The position numbers were made by a program, and so were the translations under genes. A DNA stretch of 64,000 bases from Candidatus Pelagibacter sp. (GTDB lineage Bacteria > Pseudomonadota > Alphaproteobacteria > Paracaedibacterales > CAIOTO01): the NCBI GenBank assembly GCA_013823725.1, contig PNMQ01000002.1:275823-339822 (forward strand). The letters run 5' to 3'. Positions 1 through 9,739 of this stretch are shown piece by piece (positions within the stretch are counted from its first letter, which is position 1; each line of letters opens with the position of its first letter). The notes beneath the pieces are model-generated. The model was not told the DNA's origin, did no database searches, and saw nothing but the letters and a program-made list of their open reading frames with translations.

Positions 1-103
1 TTAAGAACAGACTAATAACAGAGCACATCATTGGATCTGTTAAAAAAGTATTAAGGATTAAAGCTTAAAATATTTTTAAGACTGATACCTTTTTGATAAA
101 CCT

Positions 104-697
104 ATGAAACTTAAATTTTTTCTTATCTGCTTGTGCCTATCGATTCCCAACCTTTCTTTTGCGTTGGGAAAGTCTTTCAAAATGACGCCTTATGATTTTC
201 ATAAAATTATCAGCAATAGTGCACAACGCTTTTTTCATTTAGGATTAACGGGCGAAGTTTTAGAAAACGGCGTTATACAAAATGCAAAAGATTTTATGGA
301 TCGCCTTGCTGTTACCTTATCCCATCAATTTAAACTTACGTCTTCTAAATCTGGATTAATTAATCTAAGTTTTAAAGAATATCGTCGTGCCCTTTACATG
401 GGACAGTTATTAGGTATTTTATCAACCCACAGAGCACGAAAAGAACAAGAAAGTTTTGACCAACAAGTATTAAAAGTTAAAAGAGATGAAGAAGATTACA
501 TTGCCAATGCACAAAAATACGCGTTAAAAGACCAGGAGGACTATTATGAAAAGAACAAAAAAATTTTGGGTGCCACACCAGAAGAACGTGATCAAAAAGC
601 ACCCCAACTTATGGAATACGCCGTTTGGAACAACGAGGCCATTTTAAAAGATGAAATGATTGAAAAATATGCTTCGGGTAGAGAATCTAATCCGTAA
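104..697 (+). CDS. Hypothetical exported protein
   Basis: 197-aa ORF with a Sec-type hydrophobic N-terminus (MKLKFFLICLCLSIPNLSFA). No family motif recognised. Confidence 0.6.
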   Translation: MKLKFFLICLCLSIPNLSFALGKSFKMTPYDFHKIISNSAQRFFHLGLTGEVLENGVIQNAKDFMDRLAVTLSHQFKLTSSKSGLINLSFKEYRRALYMGQLLGILSTHRARKEQESFDQQVLKVKRDEEDYIANAQKYALKDQEDYYEKNKKILGATPEERDQKAPQLMEYAVWNNEAILKDEMIEKYASGRESNP

Positions 698-709
698 TGT
701 TCCGTGCTT

Positions 710-1066
710 CTAAACTTGATTTTTAATTCTTATGATTGAACAGCCCACCATAGATACATTGCTAATGGCATCAGGTTTTCCAACCTTCACCCAAACCTTA
801 TGGCACAAAGGGTGATTCAAACATATTTCAGCAATTTCTTCTGCTGCCGTTTCAACCAGTTCTGTGTGTTTATTTTCAAAATGTGCTTGGATTTGTTCCA
901 CCAAAGTTTTGTAGCATAAATAGTTTTTTTCAGACTTTTGAACATCTAAAAGGTTTTCATACAAAGTACATTCAACACTAATTACGCATTTTTGCGGTGT
1001 TATTTTTTCTTCCGGAAATACACCTATTCTAATATTTAAAACAAGTAGATCAATAAAAATAATCAT
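710..1066 (-). CDS. folB: Dihydroneopterin aldolase
   Basis: Aligns by eye along its length with E. coli FolB: IFIDLLVLNIRIGVFPEEK vs IFIEQLSVITTIGVYDWEQ, LVETAAEEIAEICL vs LVERVAEEVAELLL, VWVKVGKPDAI vs VRIKLSKPGAV. Start moved from the track's TTG at 1075 to the ATG at 1066. Confidence 0.85.
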   Translation of the reverse strand: MIIFIDLLVLNIRIGVFPEEKITPQKCVISVECTLYENLLDVQKSEKNYLCYKTLVEQIQAHFENKHTELVETAAEEIAEICLNHPLCHKVWVKVGKPDAISNVSMVGCSIIRIKNQV

Positions 1067-1199
1067 AACAAACACCTTTTATTTAAAAAAATAAATATAA
1101 TTAAATTCATAATAAGCTTAAAAATATTAGCACTATTTTGATTCTATATTTGATCTTATTATGATAGCATAATTTTATGTATTGTTTATTTTTTATACT

Positions 1200-2579
1200 A
1201 TGTCTGAAAATATGTCATCACAAATTGATTCTAATGAGACGATGATCCATGAAAATGAATCCTTAGATTTAACAAGCGTTTCACCACACAAAAAAGTTAA
1301 TCTTGTCACTTTGTCTTGGATCTCTATTTCCATAGCGTGGCTATTTTATTTATATGAATACATTTTAAGAGTTTCACCTGCAGTCATCAGCAACCAAATT
1401 ATGACTGAATTTTCTGTAACAGCCACAGCTGTAGGTGCTATTTCGGGTGCGTACTATTGGTCTTATGTTCCTCTTCAGATTCCTTGTGGTATCATTGCAG
1501 ACAGGTTGGGTGCACGAAAAGTTATTATTTTTTCATGCTTACTGTGCATTTTAGGTTCTTTTGTTTTTTCATTATCCACATCTTACACAACAGCTATATT
1601 TTCACGAATCCTTATGGGTGCAGGTTCTGCGTGTGCTTATATATGCTGCAGCAAGGTAGCCGCCGAATGGTTCCATCCCCATAAATTTGCAACACTAACA
1701 GCTATAACGATGTTTATGGGAACATTAGGAGCCAGTCTGAATACCGTTTTTGCCATTGTTGTTAAAGCCTTTGGTTGGCAACAAGCTTTTGTTATTTTCG
1801 CACTTTTGGGCTTACTTATTGTTGTTGCTGCGTGGACATTAATGAAAGAAAAGGTATCTCTATTATCAAATAATAGTGCCCCAACAATAATCAAAAACAC
1901 AAATTCATCCCTAGAACAAAATAGCTATTTCGATGGTTTAAAAATAGTTGTAAAAAACAGAGATAACTGGCTTGTTGGTTTATATGGTTGTGTGATGTAT
2001 CTGCCTTTATGCGCTTTTGCAGAACTATGGGGTGTACCCTTTTTATGCAAAAAATATGGCATCACACCTGAAGCAGCTGCACAAGCATGTGTTTGGGTAT
2101 TCTTAGGAATGGGCATAGGGTGCATTGCTGGGGCAGCTATTTCTAACACCATAAAATCACGTAAAAAAGTCTTGTCATGGTCTATTATTGCAACCTTCAT
2201 AAGTTTTTGTATTATTTTTCACATCGAGAATCTCAGTTTCAAGGTGATGCAATTTGTTATGGCTTTTGCTGGTTTTGTATCGGGTGGCCAAATTTTATAT
2301 TTTACAGTGGCAAAAGAACAAACACCACTTCAATACAGTGCAACAGCTGTAAGTTTTATCAATGCACTTGTTATGTGCAGCGGAATCATTTTTCAACCTC
2401 TACTGGGTAAAATTCTAGATCTCAGCTGGAAAGGCTTGAAATCAAGCGATGGCATTAGAATTTATGAAATTACGGATTTTCAAAATGCATTTAACGTTGT
2501 ATTATTAGCCTTAATAATAGGATGGATACTTATACTATTTGTAAAAGAAAGTTATCAAGATTCTAATAATGAGTTATAA
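1200..2579 (+). CDS. MFS transporter, substrate unknown
   Basis: About 12 hydrophobic segments and a loop 2-3 motif-like GIIADRLGARKV. Clear paralog of the next gene. Start set to the ATG at 1200 (track uses TTG at 1182). Confidence 0.8.
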   Translation: MSENMSSQIDSNETMIHENESLDLTSVSPHKKVNLVTLSWISISIAWLFYLYEYILRVSPAVISNQIMTEFSVTATAVGAISGAYYWSYVPLQIPCGIIADRLGARKVIIFSCLLCILGSFVFSLSTSYTTAIFSRILMGAGSACAYICCSKVAAEWFHPHKFATLTAITMFMGTLGASLNTVFAIVVKAFGWQQAFVIFALLGLLIVVAAWTLMKEKVSLLSNNSAPTIIKNTNSSLEQNSYFDGLKIVVKNRDNWLVGLYGCVMYLPLCAFAELWGVPFLCKKYGITPEAAAQACVWVFLGMGIGCIAGAAISNTIKSRKKVLSWSIIATFISFCIIFHIENLSFKVMQFVMAFAGFVSGGQILYFTVAKEQTPLQYSATAVSFINALVMCSGIIFQPLLGKILDLSWKGLKSSDGIRIYEITDFQNAFNVVLLALIIGWILILFVKESYQDSNNEL

Positions 2580-2627
2580 TTCAAATCACCATAAAGTTTT
2601 GAAAAGATAAACACTACAGGAGGCAAT

Positions 2628-3941
2628 GTGAATAAAATGAGTAGAAAAAGAGTTTCTGATGAAAACAATAACTCAGAAAGTATAGTACATCATCATAGAA
2701 ATTCTTCTATGAAATGGTTTATATGGGGATTAACTGCTGTTTTTTACTTGTATGAAACAATGTTACGTGTTTCACCTTCGGTCATGACACAACAACTGAT
2801 GACAGAGTTTATTGTGACATCAACTTCATTAGGTGTTTTATCTTCCTTTTACTATTATTCATATGTTCCACTACAAATACCTTGTGGTCTTTTAGTTGAT
2901 CGTTTTGGTATCCGCAAAATTCTGACACTATCCTGCTCGCTTTGTATTCTTGGTACATTAATGTTTTCACAAAGCGAAACGCTTATTGCTGCCCAAATTG
3001 GTCGCTTTTTACTGGGAGCAGGTTCAGCATGTGCTTTTATAAGCTGCTTAAAAGTTTCTTCAGAATGGTTTTTACCAGCACAATTTGCTTTGATTGCTGG
3101 CCTTACTAATATGATGGGTACTTTTGGTGGTTTAGCATCAGGTTATCCTTTAGCATCCATGATTAATGCTTTTGGCTGGAGAGAAACAAATTTTTATCTT
3201 GCCCTTGCTGGCATACCAATTTTGGCATGTCTCTATTTCTTCTTAAAACAAAAAAATCAAAATACTATTACTTTCCGTCAACCACATTTCAAAGATAGTT
3301 TTTTATCCGTTGCAAAGAATTCTCAAATTTGGTTATCAGGTATTATTGGTGGATTTATGTATCTTCCCATAAGCGCATTTGCAGAACTATGGGGCGTTCC
3401 CTTCTTCATGTCCGCGTATAACATCAATAATGAAGCGGCATCATCTATTAGCCACCTTATTTTTATTGGTATGGCGTTAGGCAGCCCTTTTGCAGCGTGG
3501 ATGGTTAAAAAATTCAATTCTATAAAATTAGTTATGCTGTATTCATCGGCCCTATGCGTAATATTTTTTGGAATAATTGCTTTAGCTGGTTATTTTCCTT
3601 TATCTATTGCCTATGCCCTCGTTGCTTTTTCGGGTTTTTTACTGGGTGGACAAGTATTGTGTTTCACACTATCAAAAAACCACGCAACAGAATCAATAAG
3701 CGCAACTGCTATAGGATTTACAAACGCGCTTGTCATGTTAAGTGGCATCATTTTTCAACCCCTTATGGGACATATTCTTGACATATTTTGGAATGGACAA
3801 TTACACCAAAACGGTATGAGACTTTATGATATAACAGCTTATCGCATGTCAATTTTAACAATCCCCTTATGTTTTGTGATGAATACAATTTTAATATTCT
3901 TTGTAAAAGAAGCCCCTAAAAATTATGTTGGACAAAAATAA
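2628..3941 (+). CDS. MFS transporter, tandem paralog
   Basis: Colinear similarity to the upstream gene (YLYE..LRVSP, YYWSYVPLQIPCG vs YYYSYVPLQIPCG, AFAELWGVPF in both). AGGAGG at 2618-2623 precedes the GTG at 2628; an alternative ATG lies at 2637. Confidence 0.8.
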   Translation: MNKMSRKRVSDENNNSESIVHHHRNSSMKWFIWGLTAVFYLYETMLRVSPSVMTQQLMTEFIVTSTSLGVLSSFYYYSYVPLQIPCGLLVDRFGIRKILTLSCSLCILGTLMFSQSETLIAAQIGRFLLGAGSACAFISCLKVSSEWFLPAQFALIAGLTNMMGTFGGLASGYPLASMINAFGWRETNFYLALAGIPILACLYFFLKQKNQNTITFRQPHFKDSFLSVAKNSQIWLSGIIGGFMYLPISAFAELWGVPFFMSAYNINNEAASSISHLIFIGMALGSPFAAWMVKKFNSIKLVMLYSSALCVIFFGIIALAGYFPLSIAYALVAFSGFLLGGQVLCFTLSKNHATESISATAIGFTNALVMLSGIIFQPLMGHILDIFWNGQLHQNGMRLYDITAYRMSILTIPLCFVMNTILIFFVKEAPKNYVGQK

Positions 3942-3973
3942 AACCTTTTTAAACCATTTAACATACACCCTGT

Positions 3974-4675
3974 ATGAATAAATCATCCCCTTTACATGTT
4001 CTTGTTGTAGACGATGATAAGGCGATAAGAAACCTGCTGGTTAGTTTTCTTAGCCAACACAACTTTTCCGTCATAGGTGCTCAATCGTGTTCTGAGGCTC
4101 GGCATTTTATGAGCATACATACCTTTGATGTTATCATTTTAGATATTATGATGCCTAAAGAAACTGGTTATGATTTTTTGAAAAGCTTAAGAGCTCAACA
4201 TAATCATACCCCTATCATATTACTTTCAGCTCTTGATCAAACACACCATAAAATCGATGGTTTTGAATGCGGTGCTATGGATTACATAACCAAGCCATTC
4301 GAACCTTTGGAATTATGTGCAAGGGTAAGAAATGTTGCGCGATTTAATTACAGAGTCGAAAAAATAAAACAAAAAAAAATTGTTCAATTCGGTAATTTTA
4401 TCCTGGATCTTGAGAAACACATTCTAGCTTACAACGAACGAGAAGTATCACTTTCATCGACAGAACTTGTGTTTTTAAAAACTCTTGCTCTGCGTATCAA
4501 TGAACCTGTATCAAGAGAAGAACTCTCTCAAAAAATTGCACACAAAGTTAGCGAACGCGCCGTAGATGTACAAATCAATAGACTACGACATAAAATTAAA
4601 AACATAGACGATTCTAATGAATACATTCAAACGTTCAGACATTTAGGGTATGCACTCAAAGGGACGTACTCTTAA
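3974..4675 (+). CDS. OmpR/PhoB-family response regulator (receiver plus winged-helix)
   Basis: Receiver residues VVDDD, DVIILDIMMP and ITKPF. C-terminal winged-helix pattern (LSSTELVFLKTLA ... VDVQINRLRHKI ... IQTFRHLGYAL). Confidence 0.85.
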   Translation: MNKSSPLHVLVVDDDKAIRNLLVSFLSQHNFSVIGAQSCSEARHFMSIHTFDVIILDIMMPKETGYDFLKSLRAQHNHTPIILLSALDQTHHKIDGFECGAMDYITKPFEPLELCARVRNVARFNYRVEKIKQKKIVQFGNFILDLEKHILAYNEREVSLSSTELVFLKTLALRINEPVSREELSQKIAHKVSERAVDVQINRLRHKIKNIDDSNEYIQTFRHLGYALKGTYS

Positions 4676-4847
4676 AGTATTATTTTCCACACATATTTGA
4701 AAATTTTGTTTATGATATGATGAAAAAATATCAAAACATTTTAAATAATCCTGCAAAAATGATTGAAAAATAAATTTTTAAATTTACTCTTTTGAAATAA
4801 AATTCGTGTACAATAAAAAATAATTTTTAAAATATCGCCGAATTTTT

Positions 4848-5780
4848 ATGTTAATAAACTGGATCATCTTTAGTATAACCATTGCTTTGCTTATCATCTC
4901 AGATTTCCTATTTACAAGAAAATCTCATGGCAGAATTTCACTTAAAAAAACTCTTTATCTTAGTTTAATGTACGTATGCATTGGATTACTTTATTCAATC
5001 GTCATTTATTACCGTTTGGGTGCAGCACATACATCTGAATATTTATCCGCTTTTTTAGTTGAAAAAACACTTTCTGTAGATAATCTTTTCGTATTTTCCA
5101 TCATTTTTTCTTATCTCAAAATTGAGGAGGAACATAAACATAAAATTCTTTTATTTGGTATCATAGGTGTTATTGTCTTTAGAGGTATTTTTATATTACT
5201 AGGCTCTTCCCTTATCGAAAGATTTGAGTGGATCATGTATTTATTCTCTGTCTTTTTAATGATGATAGGCCTTAAAATGCTTACTTCAAAAGAAGAATCC
5301 AACAGTGATTTAAATAAAAAAATGTTTTCAAAACTTGAAAAATTCCTACCAACAAAATTAGATGCACCTTACGGAAATCACTTTTTTATTAAAAACAATA
5401 GTAAGAAATTTTCTTTCTCTCCGACACCCCTCTTTACATGTTTAGTTTTTGTTGAATTAAGCGATGTTATTTTTGCCATAGATAGTATACCAGCAGTATT
5501 TTCCATAACGTCTCATCCCTATATCGTCTTTACAAGTAACCTATTTGCCATATTAGGTCTTCGAACTTTGTATTTCTGTTTGGACCATATTTTAAATCTT
5601 TTCAAATACCTCAAATATTCTTTAGGCGTCATCCTAATTTTCATTGGATCAAAGATCTTTTTACCACATTTGTTAAGTATTAAAAAAATCCCACCTTTTT
5701 ACACCTTGAGCATAACTGTTATTATTCTTGCAATTGGTGTTTTAGCTTCTATTTACAGAAATAAAACGTCCGAAACATGA
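4848..5780 (+). CDS. TerC/Alx-family integral membrane protein
   Basis: Multi-pass membrane ORF carrying the TerC-family signature EKTLSVDNLFVF and a second-half repeat ELSDVIFAIDSIPAV. Confidence 0.8.
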   Translation: MLINWIIFSITIALLIISDFLFTRKSHGRISLKKTLYLSLMYVCIGLLYSIVIYYRLGAAHTSEYLSAFLVEKTLSVDNLFVFSIIFSYLKIEEEHKHKILLFGIIGVIVFRGIFILLGSSLIERFEWIMYLFSVFLMMIGLKMLTSKEESNSDLNKKMFSKLEKFLPTKLDAPYGNHFFIKNNSKKFSFSPTPLFTCLVFVELSDVIFAIDSIPAVFSITSHPYIVFTSNLFAILGLRTLYFCLDHILNLFKYLKYSLGVILIFIGSKIFLPHLLSIKKIPPFYTLSITVIILAIGVLASIYRNKTSET

Positions 5781-5883
5781 AAACAACAGCTCCTATTTTT
5801 ATTGAATTAAATAACGTAATGTTAACTATTTAGCGTTTTTTCTCTCTCATAATTAGATCATGTTACTTTAAAGAAAAAAAATT

Positions 5884-7062
5884 ATGAAATCTGTTTATAT
5901 TTATGATGGAAAAAGAAGCCCTATGGGATCTTTTCAAGGTCAACTTAATTTACTATCGGGCTTCGAAATCATGTCTCATGTTTTGTCAGGTCTTCATCAA
6001 AAAAGCCAACCTGATTATGTTATTTTAGGAAATGTTTTATCAGCTGGTCAAGGTCAATCCCCTGCACGACAAGCGGTTAGAACAGGAATACCTCAAGCTG
6101 ACAATATCCCTTCTACTAATATTAATAAAGTTTGTGGTTCGGGAATGTTTGCACTTACAACAGCGTGCGCACTAATCCAAACGGGAATGTTTAATGTAAT
6201 AACCGCTGGTGGCTTTGAAAGTATGAGTCAAGCCCCTTATCTTCTGCCCAAAGCACGTAATGGATTAAGAATGGGGCATGGTAAAATTATTGACCACATG
6301 CTTTTTGATGGCTTAGAAGATGCTTACGAAGAAGCTAGCAATGGAACCAGAAGATCCATGGGAATCTTCGCAGATCAAACTGCACAAGAATATCAGTTTT
6401 CAAGACTAGATCAAGAAGAATTTGCAAAGCAAGGTATTGAAAATTATCTTTTGAATAAAGAACTTTTGCAAAGTGAAATTCATACTCTTCAAATTATGGA
6501 TCATAAAAAAAATACCATTGAAATAACTTTTGATGAACCACCATTGCGTGTAAAACCCGAAAAATTTTCCGCTCTTCGCCCAGCCTTTAATCCTTCAGGA
6601 ACAGTTACCGCAGCAACATCTAGTTCGATAGCAGATGGTGCTAATGCTCTAATATTAGGTACAGAAGAAATGCAAATACGTTTAAACTGTAAACCTATTG
6701 CCAAAATTGTAGGTTCATCTTCACATGCACAATCTCCTGAAACATTTACCACAGCACCTGTAGGTGCCATTCAAAAACTATTGCAACAGCTTAATTGGGA
6801 AGTTTCTGACGTAGACCTCTTTGAAGTCAACGAAGCATTTGCTATTGTACCTATGGCTGTTATGAAAGATTTAAATATAGAAAGAAATCGCATGAATGTT
6901 TTATCAGGTGCATGTACTCTTGGTCACCCCATTGGATCAAGCGGTTCTAGAATTGTTTTAACACTCATCACAGCATTACGTCATCGTGGATTAAAACGTG
7001 GAATAGCTTCGGTATGTATTGGTGGAGGAGAAGCCATGGCTATGGCTATTGAAATCGTTTAA
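5884..7062 (+). CDS. Acetyl-CoA C-acetyltransferase (thiolase II)
   Basis: Thiolase active-site motifs NKVCGSGM (acyl-Cys), GHPIGSSG (His) and CIGGGEAMA (C-terminal Cys). 392 aa. Confidence 0.9.
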   Translation: MKSVYIYDGKRSPMGSFQGQLNLLSGFEIMSHVLSGLHQKSQPDYVILGNVLSAGQGQSPARQAVRTGIPQADNIPSTNINKVCGSGMFALTTACALIQTGMFNVITAGGFESMSQAPYLLPKARNGLRMGHGKIIDHMLFDGLEDAYEEASNGTRRSMGIFADQTAQEYQFSRLDQEEFAKQGIENYLLNKELLQSEIHTLQIMDHKKNTIEITFDEPPLRVKPEKFSALRPAFNPSGTVTAATSSSIADGANALILGTEEMQIRLNCKPIAKIVGSSSHAQSPETFTTAPVGAIQKLLQQLNWEVSDVDLFEVNEAFAIVPMAVMKDLNIERNRMNVLSGACTLGHPIGSSGSRIVLTLITALRHRGLKRGIASVCIGGGEAMAMAIEIV

Positions 7063-7113
7063 AATATTGCCTTAGATAAATATAGGTATTTATATTTCAA
7101 ATAAATATAAATA

Positions 7114-7142
7114 TTGATTTACAATTAACACGTATATATAAT
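7114..7142 (+). promoter_or_regulatory. Sigma-70-like promoter candidate (TTGATT-17 nt-TATAAT)
   Basis: TTGATT at 7114-7119, an exactly 17-nt spacer, then TATAAT at 7137-7142, 24 nt upstream of the ATG at 7166. Chance matches are frequent in AT-rich DNA. Confidence 0.4.
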
Positions 7143-7165
7143 CATACATATTCCATAGATTTGGT

Positions 7166-9298
7166 ATGTGTATGATTTTTATATTGTTTTCTTTCTGTCT
7201 ACTTGTTTCTCCGTTACAAAGCAGTGAAGACTTTGCACTTGTTACTGCTCCTATTATATTAGCCAGAACAACTGAAACAACCGAATCCCTTCTGCAAGAA
7301 AAGGATGGTTCTATTTGGGGACACATTGCAAGATTTAGTAAAGCAGGTCTGAATGGAGAAACAGAAAAAAAAGATCATCATGCGAGAGAAATTGTTTCTC
7401 AATTTTTATTGGATTATACAATATCCACAAATAACTTAGTCAGTACGTTCCGTCTGAACTTTTTAAAAAATGAAAAGAACCTCTTCTGTTGTCAAGTATT
7501 GGGATGTTTTTTAACACTGTACACTCTTCAACAGACTCCACATATTGTTAAAATGTTTGTCTTACAATCTATGGATTTAGTTCCCACATTACTGGGATTT
7601 GAATCATTATTTGATAATACCTATATTTCATCAAAAACTTCTGCTTCAATTTTTTTGTCATCAGCGCTGGGTGCAGTTTTTTATTCATCCATAATCCATG
7701 TTATGACTAAGTCGGCCCTTCCAAATCAACTTCACTTACCTGTAAAAGAAACTTTATACGACATAACAACGCAAATTATCCCCTTATCAATTGACGGATT
7801 ACACTATTCACTCGATAAAACGCATTGCGAAAACCCACTCATTCAGCAGTTATATCCTAATGCATATTCACTAAGAATCAAAAGAAATAGATCAGAAAAT
7901 TCTTTAGGAACCTTTCAACGGACAGTCGCGAATGGCACGTTGAAAATTTTAAAATTTTCTTCTTCGAATTTGATGGATTTATCACAAGACCAAATAAATC
8001 AGCTGAAAGAAGTAGGTCTATTAAATTTGAAGAGGATTAAGCAGAAATTAGCCATGAAGAAAAAACTCACAGAATCTGAGGAAGATAATTATAAATCACT
8101 TATTGCTTTTCCGCTATATCGTTCTGAAAATCATTTAATACGACTTGTTGACGAACCTTCTTCATGGTTAAATTTGCTTTGCATGATGTTATACGGACCA
8201 AATTTAAGCATAGATGCACAGGCTTTATCTATTATTCAAAACATAGATGATTTAATTTCTTATTTTTGGAATGATGACGAAAGCATCAAAGCTTGCCTTC
8301 AAAACTCACTTTTCAATCAAAGCATCGACGTACAACAAAAACTTGTTAATATTTTTTTAGAATACAAAAATGATCTAAAATCATTATGTATAAGTCTCTT
8401 AGCTTTTATGGGGAATAACGAGCACTTTAATGACGATCAAAAAATAAAAGAAATAATCAGCACTCAACTCTATTATCTACAATTTCAACAACAAATCGAT
8501 ATTTTTATTAATCGTTTTCAACCACTTGGATCTTTTACATTATGGCCACTACTAAATAACAAGGATACGTCACATTTTAACATGATCCAATTAGTTCAAA
8601 ATTATTATGATAACTTAGATCGTTTTCGTTATTTTAAACCCATCAACCCCCAAAATATAGTATCTCAATCAAGAAATGAAATAGAACTCCTAAAAATCTA
8701 TACCAAAGAATTACTCAAAAAAAATCTATTATCACACTATACAAATATTTTGAAAAATCCAACAAATATTCCCTTTGAAGAAATCAACAAACATAAGGGG
8801 ATTTTTCAAATAGAAGACTCTTTATCATCCCATATTCTATCTCTTAAATTCAGCCACGAAGAAAAAGAAGAAATTATAAAAGAATTTTTTGGCAATATAA
8901 CAGGAATAAACAATCAATCTTTTGAGTATTGTATCTTTAATCAAACAGAGGAACACGATCTATTAAAACATCTATTTTCGGACACGATTGAAGGACTAGA
9001 CGATACCGATCTTTCATTATTATCAGTATACAAAAAAATGCGTGAAACAGGTAAAATACAGGATTTTTCTGATATATCAAATTTTGAATTTATATGGGAT
9101 AATATTCAAGTTTATAAATTAGAAGAATATTCAGAATTTCATATGGCAGGGGAAACATCTTCACAACTTCAATCTGAAATATTGAACTATCAATTCTATG
9201 CATCAGGAAACAATGAGACAGAGCTTTTTTATTCATATAAAAGTGTATTAGAGAATATTTTCTTGTCAATACAACAACATGATGATATAATCCACTAA
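7166..9298 (+). CDS. Large hypothetical protein (710 aa), no recognisable domain
   Basis: Uninterrupted 2.1-kb ORF in stop-rich AT-rich DNA. Hydrophobic N-terminus plus two internal hydrophobic segments (LFCCQVLGCFLTLYTL, SASIFLSSALGAVFYSSIIHVM). The rest is polar, N/Q/K/E-rich and helical-looking. Confidence 0.6.
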   Translation: MCMIFILFSFCLLVSPLQSSEDFALVTAPIILARTTETTESLLQEKDGSIWGHIARFSKAGLNGETEKKDHHAREIVSQFLLDYTISTNNLVSTFRLNFLKNEKNLFCCQVLGCFLTLYTLQQTPHIVKMFVLQSMDLVPTLLGFESLFDNTYISSKTSASIFLSSALGAVFYSSIIHVMTKSALPNQLHLPVKETLYDITTQIIPLSIDGLHYSLDKTHCENPLIQQLYPNAYSLRIKRNRSENSLGTFQRTVANGTLKILKFSSSNLMDLSQDQINQLKEVGLLNLKRIKQKLAMKKKLTESEEDNYKSLIAFPLYRSENHLIRLVDEPSSWLNLLCMMLYGPNLSIDAQALSIIQNIDDLISYFWNDDESIKACLQNSLFNQSIDVQQKLVNIFLEYKNDLKSLCISLLAFMGNNEHFNDDQKIKEIISTQLYYLQFQQQIDIFINRFQPLGSFTLWPLLNNKDTSHFNMIQLVQNYYDNLDRFRYFKPINPQNIVSQSRNEIELLKIYTKELLKKNLLSHYTNILKNPTNIPFEEINKHKGIFQIEDSLSSHILSLKFSHEEKEEIIKEFFGNITGINNQSFEYCIFNQTEEHDLLKHLFSDTIEGLDDTDLSLLSVYKKMRETGKIQDFSDISNFEFIWDNIQVYKLEEYSEFHMAGETSSQLQSEILNYQFYASGNNETELFYSYKSVLENIFLSIQQHDDIIH

Positions 9299-9313
9299 AT
9301 TCAATTAATATTT

Positions 9314-9664
9314 GTGAAAAAGAATATGACAATAAATATATCCACTTATATCTTTACCTTAATTGTTGCGTCCTCTTCTTTGGTTTCTTTAAAAGCTGAA
9401 GAAAGGATTGAAAGCACCCAACAACAATCTAGCACACGAGTGCCTTTATACATTAAGTATAAAGATGGAGCAGTAAATCCAGAGGATTCATTTGTAAAGA
9501 TCGAATTAACAAGAAAAGATTCTTTTGAATCTGTAGAAGAAATTCTGTCTGCAGAACAGCCACAAAAAAAGACGTTCATTAGCGGGTTTTTTCAAAAAAC
9601 ATCAGAAATTGTAAAATCTACCACAATCTATATTTATAATTTCATCGCAAGTTTTTTTAGATAA
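9314..9664 (+). CDS. Small hypothetical exported protein
   Basis: 116-aa ORF 15 nt after the 710-aa ORF. Signal-like N-terminus MKKNMTINISTYIFTLIVASSSLVSLKA. GTG start; an alternative ATG lies at 9326. Confidence 0.45.
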   Translation: MKKNMTINISTYIFTLIVASSSLVSLKAEERIESTQQQSSTRVPLYIKYKDGAVNPEDSFVKIELTRKDSFESVEEILSAEQPQKKTFISGFFQKTSEIVKSTTIYIYNFIASFFR

Positions 9665-9676
9665 AAGAATTCATCG

Positions 9677-9713
9677 TCATCATTAAAAAAGTTTAAATAC
9701 ACTTTAATGATGA
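9677..9713. terminator. AT-rich hairpin between convergent genes
   Basis: TCATCATTAAA (9677-9687) pairs with TTTAATGATGA (9703-9713), an 11-bp stem with a 15-nt loop. It lies between the 116-aa ORF and flgH. There is no clean T-tract. Confidence 0.35.
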
Positions 9714-9739
9714 TGATACCAAATTATATTCCCAAAAAT

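Noticed and set aside
4372-4380. A9 homopolymer inside the response-regulator gene as a possible slippage or phase-variation site
   Set aside because: It encodes the in-frame lysine run KQKKI in a genome where AAA is the dominant Lys codon. The ORF is intact with all motifs in frame.
4676-4847. Possible yybP-ykoY (manganese) riboswitch upstream of the TerC/Alx-like gene, as in E. coli alx
   Set aside because: The 172-nt leader is almost pure A/T. It has no G/C-rich helices and no GGAGAGUAG-like conserved core that I can find.
7063-7113. AT-only palindromes after the thiolase gene (AAATATA...TATATTT), and a similar 7-bp one at the DUF2795 stop (about 44356-44380), as possible terminators
   Set aside because: The stems consist only of A:T pairs with no T-tract, so they are indistinguishable from background in AT-rich DNA.
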